A DNA stretch of 64,000 bases from Christensenellales bacterium (GCA_045111455.1 JBGUGL010000053.1:34592-98591); one strand, 5' to 3'; numbered from the stretch's first letter, positions 36,577-46,080 are shown. The notes: a model not told the origin generated them from the letters alone. Numbers and translations are program-made.

Positions 36577-38754
36577 TTATAACTGCGTACCGAAAAGATA
36601 GGATCCTTTTCCGACGGTCCGGATTTTTCCGTCCAGGACAATCTCCGCCGGTACCGGCGTGTCGATTTCATACCGGATGCCGTGATCGGTATACTTCCAG
36701 GCGGAACGGATCCGTCCGTGCACCGTGTCCAGGACAGCCTCCAGGCTGTTCAGGCGGGGGTCGGGCAGGGGGGCAATCCGGGCCCGGGCAAATCCCGGTT
36801 CAGCCGGCTGGATGCCGCAGGCCACGCCGAAGACCCAGTCCGCCACCGAGCCGTAGGCATAATGGTTATAGGAGTTCATGTCTTCATCCCAGAAGGAGCC
36901 GTCGGGCCTGATGCCGTCCCAGTGCTCCCACATGGTGGTGGCGCCTTTGGAAATGGGGTACAGCCAGCCGGGATACTCCTTTCGCAGCAGCAGGGACCAG
37001 GCGGTCTCCCCGTGGCCGTAGCGGCTCAGTGCGTGCAGCAGGTGGGGTGTACCCACCAAGCCTGTCTGCAGATGCATGCCGCAGGCGGCGATCTGCTCGG
37101 CCAGGGCGTCCGCCACTTCCTGCGGATGATCTGTCAGGCCGAAGCGGAGGGTCAGGACTTTCTCGGTCTGGGTGTTCAGGGAATTCCCGAAACGCGCCTG
37201 ATAAGCAGCCCGGATCCGGCTGTGCAGCGCCTCATAGGCGCTGACATCCTTTCCCAGCAGCCTGCCGGCCCGGATCACAATGTCCACGGAATTAGCATAA
37301 AAGGCGCTGCAGATCAGGTCGTCATTGCTGTATCCGCGCTTGGCCATCTCAACATCAGCGGGAACATAATCCTCCGGGGTGTCCAGGGCCAGCCAGTCCC
37401 CGTAGGTCCAGCAGCCCGTGCACAGGTCCTTTTCGGCGGAAACCGTGGGGATATAGGCGACCCATTTTTCCATGGCGGGATACATGTCCGCCAGGAAGGA
37501 AACATCACCGTAGGTCTGGTACAGCTGCCAGGGAATGATGGTAACCGCATCCGACCAGGCGCTGCCGCCGGGTTTGTAGGATGTCAGGCTGGGGACCACA
37601 TCCGGCACCCATCCGTTTTCATACTGGGCGGCGCGGACATCCGCCAGCCATTTGCGGAAAAACTGCCGTACATCATATTGGTAGGTGGCGGCGCGGCAGA
37701 AGATCTGCGCGTCTCCGGTCCAGCCGTACCGTTCATCCCGCTGGGGACAGTCCGAAGGAATATCCAGGTAGTTGCCCTTCTGGCTCCAGAGAATGTTGCT
37801 GAACAGCCGGTTCAGCAGGGGATCGCTGCTCTGCAGCCAGCCGGTGCGCTTCATTTCCGAATGCAGTACCACGGCCCTGAGGCAGTCCGGCGAAAAACCT
37901 TCCGGCGCTTCATCAATCCGCAGGTAGCGGAAGCCGAAGAAGGTGAAGCGGGGCTTATAGGACTGATGCCCCTCCCGGCAGACATAATGCAGCTGGCTGC
38001 GGGCGGAACGGTAGTTGGCCGTATAGAAATTGCCGTCCCTGTCCAGCACCTCGGCGGTTGAAAACGACAGCCTTTCCCCGGCACGGGCATCCAGTTCAAA
38101 CGCCATATAGCCTGTCAGGTTCTGACCGAAATCCACCACCCATTCACCCCGGGGCGTGCGGAATGAGGAAACGGGATAAACCGTTTCCTGCTCATGTACC
38201 TCCGGACCTTCCTGGGGAATCAGCATGGATTTCGGGAAATCACAGGTTTTTGCCGGCACGAAGGAGGGCTGCCGGGTCATGTCCGCGTCCTCCCCGATGA
38301 AAATGCCGCTGAGGGTTACCGTGCTTTCGGCAACCTCCCAGGTTTCATCCGTCAGGATAATTTCCTCCCGGCCGTCTTCCGCCACCAGGCGGAGGGCGGC
38401 AATGAGCATGGCAGGCAGGGACTCATCCGGATTGCTGGTTCCGGTCCAGGGGGCGTTGGTCCTGCGGAACCAGCCGTTGGCAACGGTAATCTCCAGGGTG
38501 TTCTCCTTCTCCAGCAGGGCTGTCACGTCATAGGACTGCACCTGCAGGCGTTTGCGGTATTCCGTCCATCCCGGGGCCAGGATAAAATTACCTGCCCGGC
38601 GGCCGTTCACCAGGGCTTCATATACGCCGTCGCAGGTGACCTCCAGCGTGGCGGAGCGGAGAGACTGTTCGCAGGAAAAGGTTTTGCGGAATACCGGCAC
38701 AGTGACGGAGGAAGCTCCGTACAGGGTAATCCAGGAGGCCTGTTCAATCAGCAT
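36577..38754 (-). CDS. GH78 alpha-L-rhamnosidase
   Basis: LAPGWTEY, DFGQN, FTFFGFRY, DCPQRDERYGWTGD, GATTMWEHW, NSYNHYAYG. Confidence 0.92.
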   Translation of the reverse strand: MLIEQASWITLYGASSVTVPVFRKTFSCEQSLRSATLEVTCDGVYEALVNGRRAGNFILAPGWTEYRKRLQVQSYDVTALLEKENTLEITVANGWFRRTNAPWTGTSNPDESLPAMLIAALRLVAEDGREEIILTDETWEVAESTVTLSGIFIGEDADMTRQPSFVPAKTCDFPKSMLIPQEGPEVHEQETVYPVSSFRTPRGEWVVDFGQNLTGYMAFELDARAGERLSFSTAEVLDRDGNFYTANYRSARSQLHYVCREGHQSYKPRFTFFGFRYLRIDEAPEGFSPDCLRAVVLHSEMKRTGWLQSSDPLLNRLFSNILWSQKGNYLDIPSDCPQRDERYGWTGDAQIFCRAATYQYDVRQFFRKWLADVRAAQYENGWVPDVVPSLTSYKPGGSAWSDAVTIIPWQLYQTYGDVSFLADMYPAMEKWVAYIPTVSAEKDLCTGCWTYGDWLALDTPEDYVPADVEMAKRGYSNDDLICSAFYANSVDIVIRAGRLLGKDVSAYEALHSRIRAAYQARFGNSLNTQTEKVLTLRFGLTDHPQEVADALAEQIAACGMHLQTGLVGTPHLLHALSRYGHGETAWSLLLRKEYPGWLYPISKGATTMWEHWDGIRPDGSFWDEDMNSYNHYAYGSVADWVFGVACGIQPAEPGFARARIAPLPDPRLNSLEAVLDTVHGRIRSAWKYTDHGIRYEIDTPVPAEIVLDGKIRTVGKGSYLFGTQL

Positions 38755-38787
38755 AGGACCCTTTCTCCTTTCAGGATTTCAGCCGCG

Positions 38788-39258
38788 TCAGCGGGAATAG
38801 CTTTCCAGCAGTTCCACGATGCACTTCAGTTCCGGCGCGTCCAGGTAGTTATACTCCCCGCCGCCGTCCACGTAGATGCCGTGCTGCACCAGCCGCAGGC
38901 CGGCGGCTTCCGCACGGGCCACCTGGGCTTTGGAATCCCGGACCTGGAAGGCCAGGTGATGCATTCCTTCGCCGTGTTCGTTCAGGAAGGTCCGCCAGGT
39001 GGAGGGTTCCTCGTTAGGCTGGATCAGCTCCAGCTGCAGGCCCGGGCCCACATCAAAGAAGGCCAGGAGGGAATTCGCCTTCGGGGCGGGCTGCCCTTCA
39101 AAGACAGTCTGTGTAACTTCGTAATCGCCGCAGGGCTGGGTTTCCGGCACATCCACGCCCAGGAACGCGGCCCATTTCCGCTTGGTTTCCTCAATATCCT
39201 TCACAATAAAGCCCACCTGGGCCACCAGGTTGGTTCCCACAATACCGGCCATCGGCAT
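38788..39258 (-). CDS. VOC family protein (methylmalonyl-CoA epimerase/glyoxalase-like)
   Basis: QVGFIVKDIE, LELIQP, FLNEHGEGMHHLAF, IVELLE. Confidence 0.87.
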   Translation of the reverse strand: MPMAGIVGTNLVAQVGFIVKDIEETKRKWAAFLGVDVPETQPCGDYEVTQTVFEGQPAPKANSLLAFFDVGPGLQLELIQPNEEPSTWRTFLNEHGEGMHHLAFQVRDSKAQVARAEAAGLRLVQHGIYVDGGGEYNYLDAPELKCIVELLESYSR

Positions 39259-39314
39259 ATCCTCCCTGTATTTTTTTGTGAAGCCGGCACCGGGTCCGGC
39301 TGCTTCCTGCCGTC

Positions 39315-39345
39315 AGTTTACAAATTAAAGCTTACTCTAAGTCAA
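39315..39345 (-). promoter_or_regulatory. MerR-type promoter (19-bp spacer) with operator, driving VOC-rhamnosidase-flavoprotein genes
   Basis: Minus strand TTGACT-TAGAGTAAGCTTTAATTTG-TAAACT; dyad TTAAAG-CTTA-CTCTAA. Confidence 0.8.
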
Positions 39346-39441
39346 TATCAAACTGAACAGAAAAGAGGCAGAGCCCCGGAAACCGGGGCCCGGGCAGCGG
39401 GCAGAAAAACAGCGGCAGCTTTTTCAGACTGCCGCCGGATT

Positions 39442-39939
39442 TTACTGATTCAGATGAAGGTAACCGGAGGGAATGTGGCAGTAGCCGCCGGGATTTTTCA
39501 CCAGGTATTTCTGGTGATATTCCTCCGCCGGATAGAAGTTCCGGAGGGGCTCCAGCTCCACCGCCAGCTTTGCACCGGCCTTTTCCTCCTCTTTCCGGTA
39601 AACGGCTTCAATCTCCGGCAGCAGGGAAGCATCGGTGTAATAAATTCCCGTCCTGTACTGGATGCCCTCGTCATGTCCCTGCCGGTTGACGGACAGGGGA
39701 TCGATGACCATAAAGTAGTAATCCAGCAGGGCGGTCAGGGTGATGGCCTGCTCATCGTAGTCGATCCGGAGGGTCTCGGCATGGCCGCTGTCGGCGCATA
39801 CCTCCTCATAGGAGGGCGCTTTTTCCGGACCGTTGGCGTAACCGACCTCCGTGCGGATCACGCCGCCGAACTGGTCAAAAAACTGCTGCATACCCCAGAA
39901 ACAGCCGCCGGCCAGATAAATGGTTTTCATGGTATTCAT
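39442..39939 (-). CDS. msrA: Peptide-methionine (S)-S-oxide reductase
   Basis: AGGCFWG, GHAE, QYRTGIY, AEEYHQKYL..YCH. Confidence 0.96.
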   Translation of the reverse strand: MNTMKTIYLAGGCFWGMQQFFDQFGGVIRTEVGYANGPEKAPSYEEVCADSGHAETLRIDYDEQAITLTALLDYYFMVIDPLSVNRQGHDEGIQYRTGIYYTDASLLPEIEAVYRKEEEKAGAKLAVELEPLRNFYPAEEYHQKYLVKNPGGYCHIPSGYLHLNQ

Positions 39940-39965
39940 CCTCCTGATTCTCTGTGATGTTTCCT

Positions 39966-41006
39966 TTACAGGCAGGCAATCAGCCGGTCCGTATCCTCCG
40001 GGGTTGTGGCCCAGCTGGTGACGATCCGCATGATGACCCGGCCCTCCGGCGTCTGCTCGATAAAGCTCATCTCCACTTTTTCGGACAGGGCGTCTGCCCG
40101 GGCTTTGTCCAGCAGGATAAAGAGCTGGTTGGTGGGAGAGGGCGGAGTCAGTTCATAGCCTTTGGCGGTGAGGGCTTCCCGGATGCGGGCGGCGGATTCA
40201 ATGGCGGGAACGCCGATCCGTTGGTACAGGCCGTCCGTGAACAGCACGTCAAACTGCAGGCCGGTGATCCGGCCCTTGGCCAGCAGGGCGCCGTGCTGCT
40301 TGATCATGGTGAAGAGATGCGGAACGAGTCCGGGATTCGGGATGACCGCCGCCTCGCCGAACAGGGCGCCGCATTTGGTACCGCCGATATAGAAGGCGTC
40401 ACAGAGGGCGCCCAGGTCGGGCAGGGTGATGTCGTTTTCCGGACAGGCCAGCGCATAGGCCAGCCTGGCGCCGTCCAGGTACAGCGGGATTCCGTAGGAG
40501 CGGCATACCCTGCTGATGTCCCGGAGCTCCTCCAGGGAGTACAGGGTGCCGTATTCCGTGGGATGGGAGAGATAGACCATGCCGGGCATGACCATGTGGT
40601 CCCGGTTTGCGTCCTGCAGGTATTCCTCCATACAGGCCCGGACGGTGTCCGCAGCCAGTTTGCCGTCCCGGTGGGGCAGGGCCAGCACCTTGTGCCCGCA
40701 GAATTCAATGGCGCCGGCTTCGTGAACGCTGATATGGCCGCTCCGGGCGGAAATCACACCCTGCCAGGGACGCAGCAGTGCGTCAATCATAACAGCGTTG
40801 GTCTGAGTGCCGCCGGCCAGGAAGAACACATCCGCCTCCGGGGTGCCGCAGGCTTCGCGGATCCTGCTGCGGGCGGATTCGGAATATTCATCCAGTCCGT
40901 ATCCCGCGGTTTTTTCCAGATTGGTCCGGGCCAGCCGCTCAAGGATCAGCGGGTGGGCACCCTCCATGTAATCTGAGGCAAAGGACGGTTTTCTTTCTTC
41001 AGGCAT
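39966..41006 (-). CDS. ltaE: Low-specificity L-threonine aldolase
   Basis: FASDY, GYGLD, GGTQTN, HISVHEAGA, DGARL, GGTKCG, TNQLF. Confidence 0.9.
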   Translation of the reverse strand: MPEERKPSFASDYMEGAHPLILERLARTNLEKTAGYGLDEYSESARSRIREACGTPEADVFFLAGGTQTNAVMIDALLRPWQGVISARSGHISVHEAGAIEFCGHKVLALPHRDGKLAADTVRACMEEYLQDANRDHMVMPGMVYLSHPTEYGTLYSLEELRDISRVCRSYGIPLYLDGARLAYALACPENDITLPDLGALCDAFYIGGTKCGALFGEAAVIPNPGLVPHLFTMIKQHGALLAKGRITGLQFDVLFTDGLYQRIGVPAIESAARIREALTAKGYELTPPSPTNQLFILLDKARADALSEKVEMSFIEQTPEGRVIMRIVTSWATTPEDTDRLIACL

Positions 41007-41433
41007 CGGAAGCGGAACCTCCAGTCATTTCTTTTTCAATGGCTTCACAGAAGCCGGGCAGTTCCCGTTTCAGGCGGACGAACCTTCCCTCCCGGTTCAG
41101 GAATACATGCTCGGAACGGGCTTCGCAGACAAGGCTGCCCTGTTCCTTTTCCATCCGGTACCGGAGGACCAGCACCACGCCGTTAAAGGATTCGGGAACG
41201 ATGGAGACCGTGATCCGGTCCCCGAAGGTGCAGGGGCTTTTGTATTCACAGGACAAAGCTTTCACCGGGGAAACAATGCCCGCAGCTTCCATGGCGGCAT
41301 AGGGGAAACCCAGCTGATCCAGGAACCCGATCCGGGCTTCCTCCATCCAGTGGATATAGTTGGCGTGATGGGCAATCCCCATCATGTCTGTTTCATAATA
41401 CTGAACCGTACGGGAGAAAGCTTTCATCCGCAT
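40999..41433 (-). CDS. Acyl-CoA thioesterase (YbgC/FadM family)
   Basis: YYETDMMGIAHHANYIHWMEEAR. Confidence 0.9.
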   Translation of the reverse strand: MRMKAFSRTVQYYETDMMGIAHHANYIHWMEEARIGFLDQLGFPYAAMEAAGIVSPVKALSCEYKSPCTFGDRITVSIVPESFNGVVLVLRYRMEKEQGSLVCEARSEHVFLNREGRFVRLKRELPGFCEAIEKEMTGGSASDA

Positions 41434-41628
41434 AACCCCATTTCGTTCAAATGGTGCGCCGGAGCGCACGCCTCATGCTACCACGAAAAATATCTTTTAT
41501 GCAATATTTTTTTCGGCTGTATTGCATCGCGGAATGCTTTTTGATAGAGTGAACGGGAAGGAAACAAAGATGGCCGGAATCCCGGGGACACCCGGATACC
41601 GATGAAAGGATCAAGGAGGCTTGACCGG

Positions 41629-42864
41629 ATGAAAACCCTGTACCTGGAATGCAATATGGGCGCCGCGGGTGATATGCTGACGGCGGCGCTGCTGGAACTG
41701 ACCGGGGATCCGCAGGCTTTTGCGGACCGGATGAATGCCCTGGGACTTCCGGGGGTGCATGTAAGCGCGGAGCCGGCGGTGAAATGCGGTCTCACCGGCA
41801 CCCATATGAAGGTGACGGTGGACGGGGAGGAAGAGGAATCCGCGGACGCCCCTTCCCATGACCACGAACATTCCCATGATCATGATCACGGCCACGACCA
41901 TGATCATGACCATGAACATCACCACGGGCATCACCATGCCTCTGTTTCGGATATCAACGGCCTGATTGACAGCCTGGCGGTTTCCGAACGGGTCAGGGCG
42001 GACGCGAAGGCGGTGTACGCCCTGATCGCGGACGCGGAAAGCCGGGTGCACGGCCGCCCGGTGACAGAGATTCACTTCCATGAGGTGGGCACCCTGGACG
42101 CGGTGGCGGACGTGGTGGGCGTATGCCTGCTGATGGAACAGCTTTCCCCGGACCAGGTGCTGGCTTCCCCGGTGCATACCGGCAGCGGCCATGTGCACTG
42201 CGCCCACGGAATCCTGCCGGTGCCGGCCCCGGCTACGGCGCTGATCCTGGAGGGAATCCCTTCCTACAGCGCGGGAGTGCGGGGAGAACTGTGCACCCCC
42301 ACCGGCGCCGCGCTCCTGAAGCATTTTGTAAACCGCTTCGGGGACCGTCCGGTGATGACGGTGAGTGCCATCGGCTACGGCATGGGCAAAAAGGACTTTG
42401 AGCAGGCAAACTGCATCCGGGCTTTCCTGGGAGAGAGCGAAGGGACCCGGGAAGCGGTGACCCGGCTGGAATGCAACCTGGACGATATGACCGGGGAGGA
42501 TATCGGCTTTGCCACGGAACAGCTGTTCCGGGCCGGCGCCCGGGATGTGTTTACCCAGGCCATCGGCATGAAGAAGAACCGGCCGGGAATCCTGCTGTCG
42601 GTGATCTGCCTGCCGGAGGACGCGGACCGGCTGGCTGCGGCCATGATGAAGTATACAACCACCCTGGGCATCCGCCGCCAGGATATGAGCCGGTACGTGC
42701 TGGACCGCCGGGAGGAAACCGTCCGCACGCCCTACGGGGAAGTGCGGGTCAAGCGCGCCTCGGGCATGGGGACGGAACGGTCCAAGCCGGAGTATGAGGA
42801 TATCGCGGCGCTGGCCAGGGAGCAGGGGATTTCACCGGCGGAAGTCCGGAAAGAGATCCGCTGA
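41629..42864 (+). CDS. larC: Nickel insertase for nickel-pincer cofactor
   Basis: GAAGDM, His-rich tract, HFHEVG..D, CAHGILPVPAPAT, TPTGAA, ECNLDD, MKKNRPG, KPEYED; single in-frame ORF. Confidence 0.93.
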   Translation: MKTLYLECNMGAAGDMLTAALLELTGDPQAFADRMNALGLPGVHVSAEPAVKCGLTGTHMKVTVDGEEEESADAPSHDHEHSHDHDHGHDHDHDHEHHHGHHHASVSDINGLIDSLAVSERVRADAKAVYALIADAESRVHGRPVTEIHFHEVGTLDAVADVVGVCLLMEQLSPDQVLASPVHTGSGHVHCAHGILPVPAPATALILEGIPSYSAGVRGELCTPTGAALLKHFVNRFGDRPVMTVSAIGYGMGKKDFEQANCIRAFLGESEGTREAVTRLECNLDDMTGEDIGFATEQLFRAGARDVFTQAIGMKKNRPGILLSVICLPEDADRLAAAMMKYTTTLGIRRQDMSRYVLDRREETVRTPYGEVRVKRASGMGTERSKPEYEDIAALAREQGISPAEVRKEIR

Positions 42865-42879
42865 AAGGAACAGAAGAAA

Positions 42880-43491
42880 ATGACTGCATACATCTGGGAC
42901 CTGGACGGGACCCTGCTGGATTCCTACGGCGTGATTACTGCCGCAGCGGCGGAAACAGCCGCGGAAGCGGGACAGGAGGATCCGGAGGAACTGGTATACA
43001 AAGCGGTGAAACAGGGTTCTGTCACCGCCTACCTGAAGGACGTCAGCGCCCGCAGCGGGACGGCCTTTGAAAAGCTGATGGAGCGCTATCGCTTCCATAC
43101 CCATGCCCATGATGACCTGATCACGCTGACGGATGGCGCGGCGGAAGCGCTGGAACGGCTCCGGCGGTCAGGGGCGGAGCACTTTGTCTATACCCACCGG
43201 GGCAGTTCCTCGGAACCGATCCTGCGCAGGCTGGGGATCCTGGACTTTTTCCGGGAAGTGGTGACGTCGGAATACGGGCTGGCGCCGAAGCCGTCCGGTG
43301 ACGGCGTACGGTACCTGCTGGACAGATACGGGCTGGATCCCCTGGAAACCTGGTATGCGGGAGACCGGAGCCTTGACGTGCTGTGCGCGAAGGACGCGGG
43401 GGTCAAAGCCCTGCTGTATCTTCCGCCTGATTCCTGCGTCAGCGCCACGGGACAGGAGGACCGGATCATCCGGGACCTGGGGGAACTGTAA
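42880..43491 (+). CDS. HAD-IA family hydrolase
   Basis: WDLDGTL, YTHR, KP, GDRSLD. Confidence 0.9.
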   Translation: MTAYIWDLDGTLLDSYGVITAAAAETAAEAGQEDPEELVYKAVKQGSVTAYLKDVSARSGTAFEKLMERYRFHTHAHDDLITLTDGAAEALERLRRSGAEHFVYTHRGSSSEPILRRLGILDFFREVVTSEYGLAPKPSGDGVRYLLDRYGLDPLETWYAGDRSLDVLCAKDAGVKALLYLPPDSCVSATGQEDRIIRDLGEL

Positions 43492-43503
43492 GGAAACGCG
43501 CAT

Positions 43504-43543
43504 AAAAAGCGGCATGGCAGTTTCTGCCATGCCGCTTTTTTTT
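43504..43543. terminator. Bidirectional terminator
   Basis: AAAAAGCGGCATGGCAG-TTT-CTGCCATGCCGCTTTTT. Confidence 0.88.
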
Positions 43544-43552
43544 GCTTTCCGG

Positions 43553-44662
43553 TCAGGAGGGCCGGAAGGTGTCCTTTTCCACCGCTTCGTACAGGTCCCG
43601 GTTCATCCGGCGCTCAAACTCCGCCTTCAGTTCCAGGTTCCGGTTCCATTTCTTCGGGTCATAATATCCGTAGCGCCGCCTGACGTCAGACATCCGGTCC
43701 TCGATGTCCATGACCCCTTCGGCGCCGGAAATGGAGTCGCACAGCTGGATCAGCCGGTCATAGTCGTCCGGCACGGTTTCCTGCAGCTTTGTGAGGATCA
43801 GCTCTGTTTCCGCCTCCGTGGTGTCGAAACTGCCCACGTAGCCTTCAATCCGCATATCGTTAAAGGAATGGGTCAGGCAGATCCGGGCGGCATCGGGATA
43901 GCCCAGCTGCATCATATAGGTATATCCGTCGGACACATGGCCCAGGTGCCGCTTGCCGAACCGTCTGCCGATGTCATGCAGCAGGCCCAGCACATAGGCT
44001 TTCTCCGGGCACAGGCCGGCCAGGGAGGCGATTTTCCGGGCGCAGTGGGCGGCGGTCCGGCTGTGATCCCCCCAGGGCCCCGGGTTGCGCTGTTCTGCTT
44101 CCGCCAGGAGGGCTTCTGCTTCCGCAGCATCCGGATACCGGCCCTTGCCGGGGTTGGCGATCCGGACATAGTATTTGCTTTCATCCCGGGAGGCGATCCG
44201 GCCGCCGTTTTTCAGCATGACCCGCAGGGACGCGGGATTGTCCCGGTTCACACGGAGATAAATCTCCTCCTCCGGTACAATGCGGCGGGCTTCCGCCAGG
44301 GTCAGGCGCAGGCCCTCCGTGCCGTATCCCTTTCCCCGGAAGGGCCGGGCTATGTAATATCCGATATGGCCGGCGCCGGTGCGCAGGGATTCGCACAGAA
44401 AGTGCCGGATCCGGAACTGGCCCACGACGGTATCGCCGTCCCAGAGGAAAAAGAAGGTTTCCGGCACATAGCCTTCCGGCAGGCCTGTTCCTTCCGCGAA
44501 GGCCAGCATCTGCGGCAGGGCCCGGTCCCGGAACTCCTCCAGGGAAACACCGGGCCACTCGTTGGTCAGGCCGTTCTCATCCTCCGGCATATCCCGGACA
44601 AACGCCCATTCCTTTTCCAGGTCTTCCGGACTGGCTTTTTTCAGACAGATTCCGCCGGCCAT
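43553..44662 (-). CDS. GNAT acetyltransferase fused to HD-domain phosphohydrolase
   Basis: GHIGYYIARPFRGKGYG..NPASLRVMLKNGG, then HS..LLHDIG..H..THS..D; promoter TTGCCA-17-TATAAT at 44745-44717. Confidence 0.85.
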   Translation of the reverse strand: MAGGICLKKASPEDLEKEWAFVRDMPEDENGLTNEWPGVSLEEFRDRALPQMLAFAEGTGLPEGYVPETFFFLWDGDTVVGQFRIRHFLCESLRTGAGHIGYYIARPFRGKGYGTEGLRLTLAEARRIVPEEEIYLRVNRDNPASLRVMLKNGGRIASRDESKYYVRIANPGKGRYPDAAEAEALLAEAEQRNPGPWGDHSRTAAHCARKIASLAGLCPEKAYVLGLLHDIGRRFGKRHLGHVSDGYTYMMQLGYPDAARICLTHSFNDMRIEGYVGSFDTTEAETELILTKLQETVPDDYDRLIQLCDSISGAEGVMDIEDRMSDVRRRYGYYDPKKWNRNLELKAEFERRMNRDLYEAVEKDTFRPS

Positions 44663-44765
44663 GTTTTCCCTCCTGTCCCCGCGCCTCCGGAGGAGGCGGG
44701 AATGATGGTTGGCGGTATTATACAGGGAACCGCAGGGAATGGCAACCGGCAGCCGGAAAAAACGC

Positions 44766-44794
44766 TTGACGGGGACTTCTTCCCGGGGTATACT
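44766..44794 (+). promoter_or_regulatory. sigmaA promoter
   Basis: TTGACG-17 bp-TATACT. Confidence 0.75.
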
Positions 44795-44827
44795 TTTCCC
44801 AATATTTTCCGGAAAGGAGCTCTTCAT

Positions 44828-44929
44828 ATGGCGATGTATATGATGTATGGCGCTGGTAAGAAGACCGAAGCGGGTAAAGGCTGCGGTTATTATTTCGCGT
44901 ACAGCCGTATGAAGAGCGGGGAAAAGTAG
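44828..44929 (+). CDS. 33-aa small ORF / leader peptide MAMYMMYGAGKKTEAGKGCGYYFAYSRMKSGEK
   Basis: SD GAAAGGAG, own promoter, followed by a terminator. Confidence 0.55.
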   Translation: MAMYMMYGAGKKTEAGKGCGYYFAYSRMKSGEK

Positions 44930-44953
44930 ATCCCGGGAATGCGCACCGCATTT

Positions 44954-44992
44954 GACGATCACTTATCTCTCGCAGGTAAGTGATCGTTTTTT
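44954..44992 (+). terminator. Terminator/attenuator between small ORF and GNAT genes
   Basis: GACGATCACTTATC / GGTAAGTGATCGTT stem followed by T-run. Confidence 0.75.
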
Positions 44993-45033
44993 ATTCCCCG
45001 GGAAATAAAACAGAACGCAGGGAGATGAGACAC

Positions 45034-46080
45034 ATGCTGAACAAAACCGGAACCCAAACACTGGAAACCCACAGGCTGATCCTGCGGAGATTCCGGATCG
45101 AAGACGCGGAAGACATGTTCAACAACTGGGCGTCGGATCCGGAAGTGACGAAATTCCTGACCTGGCCTACGCATCAGAATATGGATACGACCAGCTGGGT
45201 GCTGAATGACTGGATCCCGCGCTATGAGGACGGCGGTTATTTCAACTGGGCCATTGAATGGAAGGAAACGGGCCGTGTCATCGGCGGAATTGCGGTGGTC
45301 CGCCTAGAAGAAGCGATCGGGGAAGCGGAGATCGGATATAACCTGGGCCGGGCATTCTGGGGAAAGGGCATCATGCCGGAAGCCCTGCGGGCTGTGATGG
45401 ATTACCTGTTTGATACGGCAGGTGTCAACCGGATCTGCGCGGGACATGATGTGAACAATCCGAAGTCCGGCCGGGTGATGGAAAAGGCCGGAATGAAAAA
45501 GGAAGGCATCCGCCGCGGCGGCGGAATCAACAACCAGGGGATCTGCGATGTGGCCTGTTATGCCCTGCTGCGGAGCGACAGGACAGCAAACCCTGTCCGG
45601 GAAAAGGCCCGGGTGACGGTGCGCTTTGCCCGGGAGGAGGACCTGGAGCGGGTCAATGAACTGCGGAAGCAGGTCAACGATGTGCATGTGGCCGGAAAAC
45701 CGGACGTTTTCAAACCCGGTTTCTGTGAAGAACTCCGGAACCACATCCATACCATCTGGGCAAACCCCAATGAAAAAATCGCAGTGGCGGAAATCAACGG
45801 GCAGGTCTGCGGATTCGCGGTATTGAATCATATTGTGCGGCCGGAAAACCCCTTTATGTTCGAGCGGGATTTCCTGGACATTGATGAGTTCGGGGTGGAT
45901 GAGGGCTGTCGGCGGCAGGGAGCGGCCGCCGCCATGATCCGGTTCATCCGGGAGTGGGCAAAGGAGCAGGGTTTCCGCCGGATTGAGCTGAACATGTGGG
46001 AGTTCAACCGGGGTGCGCTGGCCTTCTATGAAGCGGCCGGCCTGGCCACCTACAGGAGATACATGGAGGTTTATGTATGA
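45034..46080 (+). CDS. Tandem GNAT fusion (RimJ/RimL-like plus second GNAT)
   Basis: LETHRLILRRF..EIGY..WGKGIMPEA..NPKSGRVMEKAGM; second domain IDEFGV..RRQG..NMWEFN..AFYE. Confidence 0.85.
   Translation: MLNKTGTQTLETHRLILRRFRIEDAEDMFNNWASDPEVTKFLTWPTHQNMDTTSWVLNDWIPRYEDGGYFNWAIEWKETGRVIGGIAVVRLEEAIGEAEIGYNLGRAFWGKGIMPEALRAVMDYLFDTAGVNRICAGHDVNNPKSGRVMEKAGMKKEGIRRGGGINNQGICDVACYALLRSDRTANPVREKARVTVRFAREEDLERVNELRKQVNDVHVAGKPDVFKPGFCEELRNHIHTIWANPNEKIAVAEINGQVCGFAVLNHIVRPENPFMFERDFLDIDEFGVDEGCRRQGAAAAMIRFIREWAKEQGFRRIELNMWEFNRGALAFYEAAGLATYRRYMEVYV

Noticed and set aside
38194-39957. 587-aa plus-strand ORF
   Set aside because: Lies antisense across GH78, VOC and msrA; no recognisable domain
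41857-41937. CAY-GAY tandem repeat as VNTR or CRISPR
   Set aside because: Encodes the normal His-rich tract of LarC
43298-44929. 543-aa plus-strand ORF
   Set aside because: Antisense to GNAT-HD and crosses a terminator; only the last 33 codons have their own promoter and SD
44780-44939. 6S RNA or MITE
   Set aside because: Central bulge is strongly asymmetric and the outer stem overlaps the promoter; no target-site duplication or second copy seen in the window
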